Assembly (NCBI GenBank): GCA_951406725.2
Contig: OX597817.1
Span: forward strand, 144,522,001-144,586,000
Direction: 5' to 3'
DNA length: 64,000 bases
Source: Octopus vulgaris
Lineage: Eukaryota
In this document: piece by piece, positions 12,938-24,590 of the stretch
Layout: every line of letters starts with the position of its first letter
Numbering within the stretch: the first letter of the stretch is position 1
The notes under the pieces: generated by a model
The model's input: the letters and a program-made list of their open reading frames with translations, nothing else
The model's database searches: none
What the model was told of the DNA's origin: nothing
Translations under genes and position numbers: made by a program

Positions 12938-13521
12938 ACCGAATTTAGTTGTCTGATCAATTCTAACGGCTCAGTTTATATAAATAAAAATCATAAACTG
13001 AGTTTAAAAATCTGATCAATCTTAACATTTCTGTTTATATTTGCTCATTTTTTTAATTATGTTGATTTTTCTGAATATTTGAAACAGCTGGTTTACAGCT
13101 GGTTGCACTTGCTTATAGTGTAACAATTAGTGAACTGTCAACCATTAGTAGTGTTGCCTTGTGTCTATGTGAAAGAAGGGAAACAGTGACTCACACCCGC
13201 CTTTATTTCGCTTTACTCTTTTTCTTTCTCTCTCTCTCTCTCTCACTCTCTCTCACTCTGCAGTTGTGACACAAATAAATTTGAAGGTTTCTCTATCAGT
13301 CCACCTTGAATCCAATGAAACATTGTCATATGGTCATTGATTTTAGTTTTCTAGGTGACCTACAAAGTATTGCTGTGGCTGTGTGGTAAGAAGTTTGCTT
13401 CCCAACCACATGGTTCTGGGTTCAGTCCCATTGTGTGACACCTTGTCTTCTACAATAGCCTAAGGCCAACCAAAGCCTTGTGGATGGGTTTGGTTAAGAG
13501 AAACTGCAAGAAACATATTAA

Positions 13522-13926
13522 GGCGGCGAGCTGGCAGAAACGTTAGCATGCCAGGTGAAATGTTTCGTCTGCCATTACGTTCTGAGTTCAAATTCCACCG
13601 AGGTCGACTTTGCCTTTCATCCTTTCGGGGTCGATAAATTAAATACCAGTTATGCACTGGGGTCAATATAATCGACTTAATCCATTTGTCTGTCCTTGTT
13701 TGTCTCCTCTGTGAGTAGCCTCTTGTGGGTAGTAAAGAAATAGGTATTTCGTCTGCCATTAAATTCTGAGTTCAAATTCTGCCGAGGTTGACTTTGCCCT
13801 TCATCCTTTCGGGGTCGATAAATTAAGTACCAGTTACGCACTGGGGTCGATGTAATCGACTTAATCCGTTTGTCTGTCCTAGTTTGTCCCCTCTGTTTGA
13901 AGCCCCTTGTGGGCAATAAAGAAATA
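13522..13926 (+). mobile_element. SINE family B dimer nested in a family A copy
   Basis: Two tandem bodies joined at AAAGAAATA-GGTATTTCGTCTGCC. Confidence 0.88.
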
Positions 13927-13956
13927 AGAAACTGCAAGAAGCACATCATGTATGCA

Positions 13957-14008
<52 letters not shown>

Positions 14009-14279
14009 TGTTGTGTGTGTTTATCACCCACCACCACCTAACAGTGTTAGAATATTTATGTCCTTGTAACTTAGAAGTTTGGCAAAAGAGACTGACAGAA
14101 TAAGTACCAAACTTTAATATAGAAAAAAGTACTGGGATTGATTCATTCAACTTAAATGTTTAAGGCAGTGCTCCAGCATGGCTGCATCCTAATGAGTGAA
14201 ACAAGTAAGAATACGGTAAACCATTGGTCACATGAAAAATTTGAGACGATTAGAACTCTTGTTTTTAATTAATATTTAT

Positions 14280-14347
<68 letters not shown>

Positions 14348-15214
14348 GCTGTTGTTGTTGTTGTTGTTGTTAATCAACCAAAAGATGGCAAGCAGGTGGA
14401 ATTGTCAGTGCATTGGATGGAAGTTTTCACAGCTTTTCTTTTGGCATTTCATGTTCTGAGTGCAAATACTGTCAACCTTTAAAGAATGAAACATTCTTTA
14501 GGGGTTGATAAAATAAGTACCAGTTAAGTACTGGGGGTCAATATAATCAACTAGACTTACTCCCTCTGACAAAAATGTAGGCTTTGTACTTATAGTAGAA
14601 AGACTTAATACCTAGAAGTGACAGAATGACTCAGGAGCTGATTAGTATAATACACACACACGTGTGCACGCACACACCCACACACACACACACACACATA
14701 ATTACAAGGAAGAAGAATGGAATGAGCAAGTCTTTTTAAACATCAGTTTATAATTGTTTCATCTGAATTTGAACTCATCAATCTTGCCATATTATACAAT
14801 AATATATGCAGCTATTGATTCTTCAGGTGCTACAGAAATGACACATACCAAATCAGTCTCAACAGAATTATGTATAAAACTCATTTGCTGCAAGAGCTTG
14901 AATTATCCAGAGACGAAGGCAGGGCAAGTGCGGGGCGAGTGGGGGGGGGGGGGGCGTCCTTTAATTGGAGTAATTTCCAAAGATTTCTAACATTGTTTAT
15001 TCATAATTTACTTTTGAATTTACTTATGTAAATTTATATAGGCATGGAAACTTATACAGAAATTATCAATATATGATTTAACTTATTAACCATATAGTTC
15101 TGGGTTCAGTTCCACTGCGTGGCACCTTGGGCAAGTGTCTTCTACTATAGCCTCGGGCTGACCAAAGCCTTGTGAGTGGATTTGGTTGACGGAAACTGAA
15201 AGAAGCCTGTCGTA

Positions 15215-15264
<50 letters not shown>

Positions 15265-15265
<1 letters not shown>

Positions 15266-15975
15266 CGGGAAGGTTTACGAAAATAAACAAAAAACGAAGG
15301 CAGGTGGAGTACAAACAAACAAATGTATTAGTATGGCACTCAGGAATAGAAATAGAACAAGTCTTTTACGTTTTGAGCCTACGCTCCTCGACAGAAAGAT
15401 ACACAGAAAAAAAACAAGGAGAGAAAAAAAATGTGTGTAGGAGCTAACGATCTATCATGGCGTTCTGACTTCGGGCAGAGGTCAGAGGTCAGACGATAGA
15501 GGGACAGTAGGGGAGATAACAGGGTCAAGTGACTTCCAAAACAAAGGTAACCCCAACACAAAGGTGCGAGTGTGTATAAGATAGTATGTATGTGCATGTG
15601 AAAGAGAGCTGGTGGTCTGGACGTGTGTATATATGTATGTGTGGGTGTGGAGATGTGGGGATGGGTGTGTGGGTGGTGTGTTGTGATTCGATATGTGTAT
15701 GTATGTGTAGGTGTAAAGATGTGCGGATGGGTGTGTGGGCGGTGTGCTGTGGGTGGTGTGTTGTGATGTGATGTGATGTTGTATGGTGTAGTGTAGTGTG
15801 GTGTGATGTTGTGGGGAGGTGGGGGCAAGAGTGGGGAAAGCCAGGTGGGGTGTGAGTTGGGCAGGGGTTGGGGTAGAGGGGGGGTTGTGGGGAGAGTGAG
15901 AGGGGGAGAGAAAAGAGGGGAGAGGAAGAGGGGGAGAGAGGAGGAGGGAGAAGGAGAGGAGGAGAAGGAGGGAGG
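15265..15975 (-). mobile_element. PLE-like 3'/pLTR fragment inserted in the (TA)n tract of a SINE; carries hammerhead-like motif 15362-15399
   Basis: Homologous to about 61260-61458. Minus strand reads UCUUU-CUGUCGA-G-GAGC(guag)GCUC-AAAA-CG-UA-AAAGA. It interrupts a family A SINE at its microsatellite. Confidence 0.55.
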
Positions 15976-17008
15976 GTATGTATGTATGTGTGTGTGTGTA
16001 TATGTTTGTGTGTCTGTTTGTCCCCTCCCAACATCACTTGACAACCAATGCTGGTGTGTTTAAGTCCCTGTAACTTAGCGGTTTGGCAAAAGAGAATGAT
16101 AGAATAAGCACTAGACTTACAAAGAATGAGTCCTGGGATCGATTTGCTCGACTAAGGGCGGTGCTCCAGTATGGCCACAGTCAAATGACTGAAACAATTG
16201 TAACTAATACCAGATAACCTATTTGCCTGTTTTAATTATGTAAATACTTATATACTCAGGTTTTGAGTACTCTTTCCCCGTTGTGTAACCAAACCTTGTC
16301 TTTAATTAATACCAATTAAAATTTTGGGATTGTCTCCACTGCATTTTTCTTTTTTTTCTTTTTTTTGACTAGAATTAATTTTCAAACTAATGGTGTTTTA
16401 TCCTCCCTAAAAGTGTAAATTTTTTTAATTTAAAAACTTCTTGGCTCATCACATTAATTATATTAGCACACATTTTACCGTTGGATACTCAAGGGAGGAA
16501 AAGAAGAGATGAAAAGACAAGATAAAGTAGTGCAATTAATATATATATATCAATATATTAACACAGACACGCACATTAAAAATATATACATTATATTTAT
16601 ATATACTGAAAATATATAGGAAAATTCAATATGTGTAGAAGATTTTATGAGTTACCATTTTAATTTACAAGCCCACCCTTAATTAAAATGTGACCAGTCA
16701 TGGAGCTCTTATACAGCAAGAAGCTTGCTCTGTTCTGGCCCTTGCTGTCATATTTTCACCTCCTGTCTCTTAGCACAAAGCTGTCTCTCTCGAGGTTTGT
16801 ATACTTGCATGCAAGGGGCTAGGTAACGTCATTAGCGCTGGTGCCACTAAAAGGTACCCAGCACACACTGTAAAAAGTTTGGCATTAAGAAAGGCATCTA
16901 TACATAGAAACCATGCCAAAATAGACAGTAGTGAACAATGCAGTCCTTGACACCCGTTGGACTCTGTCAAACTGTTAACTCATGCCAGCATGAAGCATGG
17001 ACATTGTA

Positions 17009-17547
17009 TTGGGTTGTCCGGAAAGTTTGTGCTGATTTTTAAAGGAAAGAAAAAGGTCAATAAATACTTGCCACTACATTTCTAATCAACCAAATATGAA
17101 CCATTTTGTTGCACAATGTGGCATCATCTTTCCTTTAACTTGAAAATACCTTCTTCCCAGAATTCAGGTGGTTTCATGGCAAAGAATTCATCAAGGTATC
17201 TTTTTATGTCATCCAAGGAATTGAAATATTTACTATGCAGAGATCTGAATAAGTGGAAATCTGGTGAATATGGAGGGTGGGGTAACACATCCCAGCCAAG
17301 CTGCAGCAATTTTTGTCTAGTTTCCAAAGCATCAAGTGCTGAAAATGAACTTTCATATCTTCCATTTTAAAGAGTTACAGAATTAACACAGGTTATAGGA
17401 ACATAAACCTTCTTCCATGAAAAGATAGCTTAAAATGTGCTCTAAATGGAAGCATAGTCAAATCCTATTTTATGGACTCAACCATGTTCTAAAATAAGTC
17501 AAAAGGTAAACTACTATAAATTGGCACGAACATTCTGGACAACCCAA
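17009..17547 (-). mobile_element. Internally deleted mariner transposon
   Basis: TIRs TTGGGTTGTCCGGAAAGTTTGTGC / GCACGAACATTCTGGACAACCCAA, TA on both sides, and transposase remnant LGWDVLPHPPYSPD-FHLFRSL...FWEEGIFKLKERW. Confidence 0.93.
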
Positions 17548-18572
17548 TACAAAGCAGCTTCTTGTAGGAGTGCGGGACCAGTCACATAGTTCCTACCATT
17601 CAAGGTAATTTGTTGTTATTACACATTTACTATTATTTATAAGACCCCCCCACCCATAAAAAAAGTTGTGGTCTTGTACATCATCATCATCATTTAACAT
17701 CTATCTTCCATCCTGGATGGTTTAACAGGATCTAATGGGTCTAAGGACTGCATTCTACTCTACTGTTTACTTTGCTATGGGTTCTGTGTCCTGATGTTCT
17801 TTCTAATATCAACCCCTTTCATGACACCAGCACCAGTGAGGTCACCATGCAGCCTGCAAGACCAAAATAACCATGATAGCTTTATGCTAGGTCAATCTAA
17901 AACGCTGTTCTTTCATCCCCAAATTTTATAGCCTTGTACCTACCTATGGAAGAAATCAATATAAAGCTACTATAATTTGTCACAATCTTAGTACTGAAGG
18001 ATTCAATTAAAGATTTTCCACATTATTAGAGATGACAGCTTAAACTCAATTATTTAATTCAGTTTTATAAGATCTTATTTAGCCACTCAGTTATGATGGG
18101 GAAGGATTTTTTAGATTTTCTCCATTTTTCTCAATTAATTGGTTTGATTCAGCTTAATTTATATATGAAAGCTCTGCGACTCCAGAGATATTTCATGTGG
18201 CTGAGAGACTCAGAGAGAATGGCAGGGAAAATGTGTGTGTGTGTGTTAGAGAGAGAAAGAGAGTGCTTGTGAGAGAGAGAATACGTGTAAGGGTGTGTGC
18301 ATATGTGAAAGCAATAGAAAAAGAGAACAAGAGAGAGGGGGAGAGGAGACAGTGTGAGAGAGTGAAAGGGAGTGAAGTAGAGAGTGTGAAGTAAAGAGAG
18401 AGAAAGTAAAAGTGAGAGAGTGGGAGGGTGTGAAAGATAAAGAGAAAGTATGAGAAAGAGTGTGGGTGAGAGGAAATATTTTTACATATATTTTGTACTT
18501 GGTTACAAGGTAAACTAATTTTCTTTAAATTTGATTTAAGTGAAACAAATACTAACACACAAACACACACTC

Positions 18573-18633
<61 letters not shown>

Positions 18634-19058
18634 AAACAAATGTGGAGAATGTGTGGCTATTTTTGTCAGTAATTATAAATGTAAGGGATGGGCACAAATG
18701 TTAAAAATGCTACAAATGAAGAAAATAAATAAAATCAAGCCCTCATCAGCTATATCACTAAGGATTATTACAGTTTGGATACTTCAGACAGAACTGCATA
18801 TTCTTGGGGCATCAACAACCATTACATACAGTTGTTAGGCAATCGACAAAGTTGAGATTTGAGACTAATGATAGTTTAATCTTTGCAGATCATAGTTTGT
18901 AACATTTGCAATTTTGTTTTATTTGTATCATTTTTTCTTTTTTTCACTTATAAATGCTGACAAACTCAGTTTTACATTCCCTCATGCATATTCTGTTTCG
19001 AACTTCAGTTTGACTCTTTTTATCTATCTTTTCTTCCCCACCACCACCCTCTCACTTC

Positions 19059-19119
<61 letters not shown>

Positions 19120-19680
19120 TCTCTCCTTTTTCTTTCTCACTTCCATTTTCTTTCCTCCTCTTCTCTCTTCCCCTCTCTCCATATCATTTTTCTATGATGC
19201 ATGAATTTCCACCACATTTCTTGAAAATCGTGGTAGAGGCCTTGTTCTTGGGACCATTCATGCCTAGAAACTGAGGTTAGGGGTAAGCAAGGGCATGCTC
19301 CCCATAGAAAATCTAGGTGGCAAGCTGGTAGAAACGTTAGCATACCTGGCGAAATGCTTAGCGGTATTTCGTCTGCTGCTACATTCTGAGTTCAAATTCC
19401 GCCTAGGTCAACTTTGCTTTTCATATTCTGTACTTGTGTTGACCTGTGATATACTGTGCTGGTGTTGACCTGTGAAGCCAAGTGAGACCATAGTCATGGC
19501 ATGTATAAAACACCCTCTACAGTCTCAGAGTGGTTGGCATTAGGAAGGGCATCCAGTCATAGAAACCTTGCTAAATCAGCTTAACCTGGTGCATGCAGCC
19601 CCACCAGCCTTCCAGTTTTCAGTCAAACCATCCAACTCATGCCAGCATGGAAAGCAGATGTTAAACAAGGATGATGATGG

Positions 19681-19711
<31 letters not shown>

Positions 19712-20367
19712 ATCTAAAATGAGCGTTTGTTAATATAATTACATAATTATGATTTTTTGGACCATTACCTTCATCTTTGGAGATGAACATTATCAAGTAT
19801 TCAATATATCCATCAGTCTTTTATCTTTAATCTTTTATCTTTTACTTGTTTTAGTCATTAGACTGTGGCCATGCTGGGGCACCATGTTGAAAAATTTTAG
19901 TTGAACAAATTGACCCCAGTACTTATTTTTTGTATCGGTCTCCTTTTGCCAAACTGCTAAGTTACAGGATTGTAAACACACCAGCACCAATTGGCAAGTG
20001 GTGGAGAGGGACAAACACAGACACAAAGACACACACACACACACATACATACATATGTGAAAAAATATATATATTTATATTGGCACAGGCCTGGCTGTGT
20101 GGTAATAGCTTGCTTACCAACCACATGGCTCCGGGTTCAGTTCCAAGAAGCCGTGTGTGTGTATGTTGTGTCTGTGTTTGTCCCTCACCATTGCTTGACA
20201 ACCGATGCTGGTGTATTTACATCTTTCTAACTTAGCAGTTCAGCAAAAGAGGCCGATAGATAAGTACTAGGCTTACAAAGAATAAGTCCTGGGGCTGATT
20301 TGTTCGACTATAGGTGGTGCTCCAGTATGACTGCAGTCAAATGACTGAAATAAATAAAAGATAAGAA

Positions 20368-20421
<54 letters not shown>

Positions 20422-20469
20422 AAACAAGTCAAAATAGAAAATGCTAAAATAATTTTATAAAGAACATTT

Positions 20470-20507
20470 CAGTACCGGTTTCGGTCATTTTGAGACCTTT
20501 TCAACTG
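20470..20507 (-). ncRNA. Minimal type I hammerhead ribozyme, U3:A8 variant (PLE pLTR)
   Basis: Minus strand reads CAG-UUGAAAA-GGUC(ucaaaau)GACC-GAAA-CCGG-UA-CUG: stem I CAG/CUG, a 4-bp stem II, palindromic stem III ACCGGU and a GUA cleavage triplet. Confidence 0.75.
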
Positions 20508-20742
20508 TAACGATTAAATAATTAAATTTAGAAAAATTAAAAGAAAAGTTTTTTTAAAAGGAATATTTGTATAGTGTTCAAATATAAGTGGCATTCTGCC
20601 TTTCTCTGTCTCCCTTGTTTGCACTTGTGTGTTCGAGGCAGTTGTGAATTCTTGGTAGGGTAGAAGAAGAAGAAGGTTGATGAGGAGAGGGGGTGGAAAA
20701 ATTTGGGAGTGCCTTGATGGTCGTATTTTGAATGGTCAGTGA

Positions 20743-21000
20743 CAGTACATAGGCCAAACAAAAAATAGTTTGCGTAAAAGAATGGCCCTGCACAGATCCC
20801 AGATAAAAATCCCCCAAAACAGAAAAATAGCTTTTAGCCAACACATAGATACTTGCGCCAACAACAAAACACCAGGCTTCAGGATTTTCCTCCTCTACCA
20901 ATTTAGGGACGATACAACCTCGAGACAACGAATAAGTAAAGAAACTCTCTTTATTACAAAATACAGGCCACTTCCTAACGGATCTACGACAAATGATTAA
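20743..21000 (+). pseudogene. PLE GIY-YIG endonuclease C-terminal fragment
   Basis: QYIGQTKNSLRKRMALHRSQI...FSQHIDTC...RISKETLFITKYRPLPNG contains YIGQT, RxRxxxH, the conserved His and the ExxxI...N motifs of PLE endonucleases. Confidence 0.88.
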
Positions 21001-21656
21001 TATACCTCAACTTTAGAATAACAGAAATATACACACACAAATATTACATTCAAAAGAATCCATTACAAATCAGCCCCAATCACAGCTATAATCCATAACG
21101 TGCCAACTTCAAGTCATACAACACCTCACTACTTTCACTCATTCATATTCTCCCTTCTCTTTTTTCTTCTTCTTCCTCTTCTTCTTAATCATCATCATCA
21201 TCACCATCATCATCATCTTCTTCTTCTCCTTCTCCTTCTTCTTCTTCATCATCATCATCATCATCATCAACATCGTCATCTTCTTCTTCTTCTTCTTCTT
21301 CTGCTCCACCTTCTACCTCTTAACTTTATCACTAATGCTTTTTAGTATAACACCTACGCAAATTCCATAAACAAACCTTTCAATAGAAATATTCTCCTGA
21401 ATTGAACTGCAACTGCTAGCCGCCACTGACCATTCAAAATACGACCATCAAGGCACTCCCAAATTTTTCCACCTCCTCTCCTCATCAACCTTCTTCTTCT
21501 TCTACCCTACCAAGAATTCACAACTGCCTCGAACACACAAATGCAAACAAGGGAGACAGAGAAAGGCAGAATGCCACTTATATTTGAACACTATACAAAT
21601 ATTCCTTTAAAAAAACTTTTCTTTTAATTTTTCTAAATTTAATTATTTAATCGTTA

Positions 21657-21694
21657 CAGTTGAAAAGGTCTCAAAATGACCAAAACCGGTACTG
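21657..21694 (+). ncRNA. Hammerhead ribozyme copy in the right pLTR arm, G12A-mutated
   Basis: Same motif as 20470-20507 but GACC-AAAA-CCGGTA, so the catalytic G12 is lost. Confidence 0.65.
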
Positions 21695-21924
21695 AAATGT
21701 TCTTTATAAAATTATTTTAGCATTTTCTATTTTGACTTGTTTTTTCATATATATCAACTCGTGTGTTCTTTTTCACCCTTATACATATATATATATATAT
21801 ACAGTTAATTTGAGGAAGTTATATCCTCATTAGTGATTATATAATCCAAGGTTTAATCCCTACCATATAATGTGAAAGTCATTGGTGTATGTTAGGGATT
21901 ATTGAAATTATCAATATTGGAGGA

Positions 21925-22368
21925 AAAACAAAAAGAAGAAGAAGAAATGAATGTATGAAGAATTTATTTGTATGTTACAAAAAAACTGAAAGTTTCTTTT
22001 AAAAAATATAACAGTACAAATAAATTGATCACAGGTTGAAAAGCTCAAAAAATAAAATAAAATAAAAATAAAAATGATTACCTAAGTTCCATGAGCTCTG
22101 AATAGACCCTGAAGAAGTACTACCACCATATAGTTAGAACATGATACCTTTCTTAGCATTTAACCAAATACTTGGAAATTCTGATCAACTAGGTGATGTG
22201 ATAGGACCGAAACATATATGTAGGTTCCTTTATTTTATTGTTCAAGTTTTACAACTTGTAATCAATTTATTTGTACTGTTATCTCTTTTAAAACAAATTT
22301 TCATCATTTTATAAGATACAAATAAATTATTCATACATCCATTATTTCTCCATTTTCTTCTTGTTTGT
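21925..22368. mobile_element. Diverged PLE-type inverted repeat with central hammerhead motif
   Basis: About 21925-22084 is a diverged reverse complement of about 22221-22368 (for example AACAGTACAAATAAATTGAT / ATCAATTTATTTGTACTGTT). The centre contains CTGAAGA...CGAAACATATATGTA. Confidence 0.65.
22105..22226 (+). ncRNA. Hammerhead motif with a roughly 90-nt stem II (decayed)
   Basis: GACC-CTGAAGA(22109-22115)-93 nt-GAAA(22209-22212)-palindromic ACATATATGT-A-GGTT. Confidence 0.5.
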
Positions 22369-22371
22369 ATA

Positions 22372-22758
22372 TCTCTCTCTATATAAACGGCAGTTTGTCT
22401 GTGCATGTTTCTGTGTGTCTGTTTGCTTGTACCCTCACCCTGACCACGGCTTTCAACCGATTCTGATTAAACTTGACACACACATAGCCCAATGTCATAA
22501 TTCAAAACTAACGCAGCGAAAATTTTGAAAAATTCCCCCAGTTCTGAAAAAAATCGATAAATTCGACATGGGGTCGAGAATCAGGAATACGAACCACAAA
22601 CTGTCTAGGGGACGCAACTCTACCTTTTTTAAATCTCAAAAAAAAATTTACCATCATTTTTTTTCCATTTTTTTTGCTATTTTTTGGCTATAACTCTCTA
22701 AAAATGCTTTATAGTTATTTCCCTTACAAACCTGAGCAACGCCGGGCGATACTGCTAG
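22372..22758 (+). mobile_element. Non-autonomous Helitron
   Basis: A|TC...TATATAAA 5' end, internal TCAACCGATTCTGATTAAACTTG motif, 3' hairpin CCTGAGCAACGCCGGG, then CTAG|T. No TSD. Confidence 0.8.
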
Positions 22759-23603
22759 TATATATATATATATATACGATGGGCTTCTTTCAGTTCCTGC
22801 CTACCAAATGCACCCACAAGGCTTTGGTCAGCCCAAGGCTACTGTAAAAAACACTTGCTCAAGGTGCCAGACAGTGGGACTGAACCTGGAACCATGTGGT
22901 TCAGAAGCAAACTTCTTCCACTCACACCACAAGTTCCTAGATATAAATATTGAAAAAATTGTTCAGTCTCAGACAATGAAGTTAATAGTCTGAAAAATTA
23001 GAATTGAACAGACTTTTGAAGAGGATTTTTTTTTGAAAACTTGCGTTTGGACTATTTCTAAACAAAAGTGTTCATGCATAAAATATGTTGGAAGATTTTT
23101 ATTTATTCTTGAACATTTTAAAGTTAAAGATTTTTTCTATCATACAGATCAGTGATTTATTTGTTTTTTATACACTTGTGTTTGGAACATAACTAAATAG
23201 AACACAATGATTTTTTTTGCATTGGTTGGCAAATCTCAGCACTGATCAGAAAATCATTTATTCACTGAAATAATAAACAAAGCCGGTGGCTTGTTCAGGC
23301 TCAAAAGTTCAGGTACTTCTGACTATTGAGACACAACATGTCAAACCATCAGTGTCCCAGAATCCCTTGCAGCATGAACTGAGTGTGTTATACATGCACT
23401 GTCATCATAAAGGGAAGAAGTTGTTTGCTTGTGACATACACAACAACAATAAGCATATTTGTACTTGAATCAGCTGGAAAGTGTTAAGAATAATTATGCA
23501 AATTATTATTTCAGATTTCACTATACTCGATGCAAGTAGGGATTTTTTTCTAAACAAAACTGTTCTTGTACAAGACATGACAGAAGATTTTAATTTGAAC
23601 TCT

Positions 23604-23910
23604 GTTGTTGTTGTTGTTGTTGTTCCTTCTTGAGCCACACCTGGCTCATAGGGCCGGTTTCCCGGTTTCCTTGGCGTATAGGTTCCCCACCTGGACGGGA
23701 TGCCAGTCCGTCACAGGTGAGCTGCAAGATGCAGAAGGAAAGAGTGAGAGAAAGTTGTGGTGAAAGAGTCAGCAGAAGATTGCCATTACCTGCTGCTGGA
23801 GCCACGTGGAGTTTCACTCATAAACATACACATCACCCGGTCTGAGATTTGAACCTGCGATCCCTCAACTGCGAGTCTGCTGCTCTAACCACTAGGCCAT
23901 GTTTCTCCAC
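23604..23910 (-). mobile_element. tRNA-derived SINE family C with (AAC)n tail
   Basis: Minus-strand A box TGGCCTAGTGG and B box GGTTCAAATC. 12-bp TSD AATTTGAACTCT. Confidence 0.9.
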
Positions 23911-24296
23911 AATTTGAACTCTAACATTTTGAAATTGGAGGTTTTATCATTACAAGTAATGGCTCATTTTTTTTTTGTTATATATACAAACTTGTATTTA
24001 GAATGTAATTAAACTAAGATTTTCTTCCATAAAATATGATGAACATTTTAAAATTAGAGAGTTTTTCCATAATAAGAACCAGAGGTTGGGCTCAGGTGAG
24101 TTAGTATTGAAAAAGTTAAATATCAGACAGAGTAAAATGTTTCACATAACACCAATGAATCCTCATCCTCATCATCGCTGCTGCTGCCGTCGCCAGCGGC
24201 ACCACCAACAATCATTTTACAGAGTGTACTGGATGCTTTTCATGTGGCACCAGCTTCAGTGCATTTTCTGTGTAACCAGCACCAGTTCTTTTTTTG

Positions 24297-24590
24297 TGGC
24301 TATAACTAAGGAATTCAAGACCAGCAACCACTGGGAACTGCTATATGCTGATGGTCTTGCTCTCTTAGGAGATTCTATAACAGAACTAGAAAAGAAATTC
24401 CAGCCATAGGAAGCAAAGCCTAGAACTGAAGGACCTTGAGATTAACTTAGCAAAGACTAAGGGTTTAGTAAGGAAACAGACAGGACCCTACCTCCATCAG
24501 GTAAAATGGCTCTGTATGATATGTAGGAAAGGTGTAGGTGGGAATTCCATATGGTGTACACAGGGCAAGCTATAGACACACAAAAGGTGC
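24297..24590 (+). mobile_element. RTE RT fragment; inverted duplicate of about 24901-25195
   Basis: ITKEFKTSNHWELLYADGLALL...ELEKKFQ, followed by a Cys-rich segment. Reverse-complement match to the neighbouring copy. Confidence 0.85.

Larger units (their letters stand above)
10575..13030. repeat. Diverged 45-60-bp hairpin-containing tandem array, interrupted by MITEs and SINEs
   Basis: About 15 units of TCATAATGG-CTCAGTTTAT-ATAAAAAGCC-ATAAACTGAG, for example at about 10649, 10705, 11456, 11583, 11639, 12341 and 12970. Confidence 0.8.
20417..21780 (+). mobile_element. 5'-truncated Penelope-like element with inverted pseudo-LTR
   Basis: Arms 20417-20741 and 21424-21747 are near-identical inverted repeats. 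They enclose a GIY-YIG endonuclease C-terminal fragment and a 3' UTR. The right arm has a short extra tail, and the element is flanked by (TA)n. Confidence 0.9.

Noticed and set aside
10575-13030. CRISPR-like look of palindromic repeats with linkers (also 4921-5695)
   Set aside because: Eukaryotic context, degenerate repeats, linkers homologous to each other and no cas genes.
15379-16063. 221-aa and 170-aa Pro/His/Thr-rich ORFs and G-rich tract
   Set aside because: Low-complexity GT/GA repeats within a retroelement fragment, not protein-like.
23860-23910. tRNA-like A/B boxes (also in other SINE heads)
   Set aside because: They belong to multi-copy SINEs with TSDs and tails, and no complete cloverleaf is evident.
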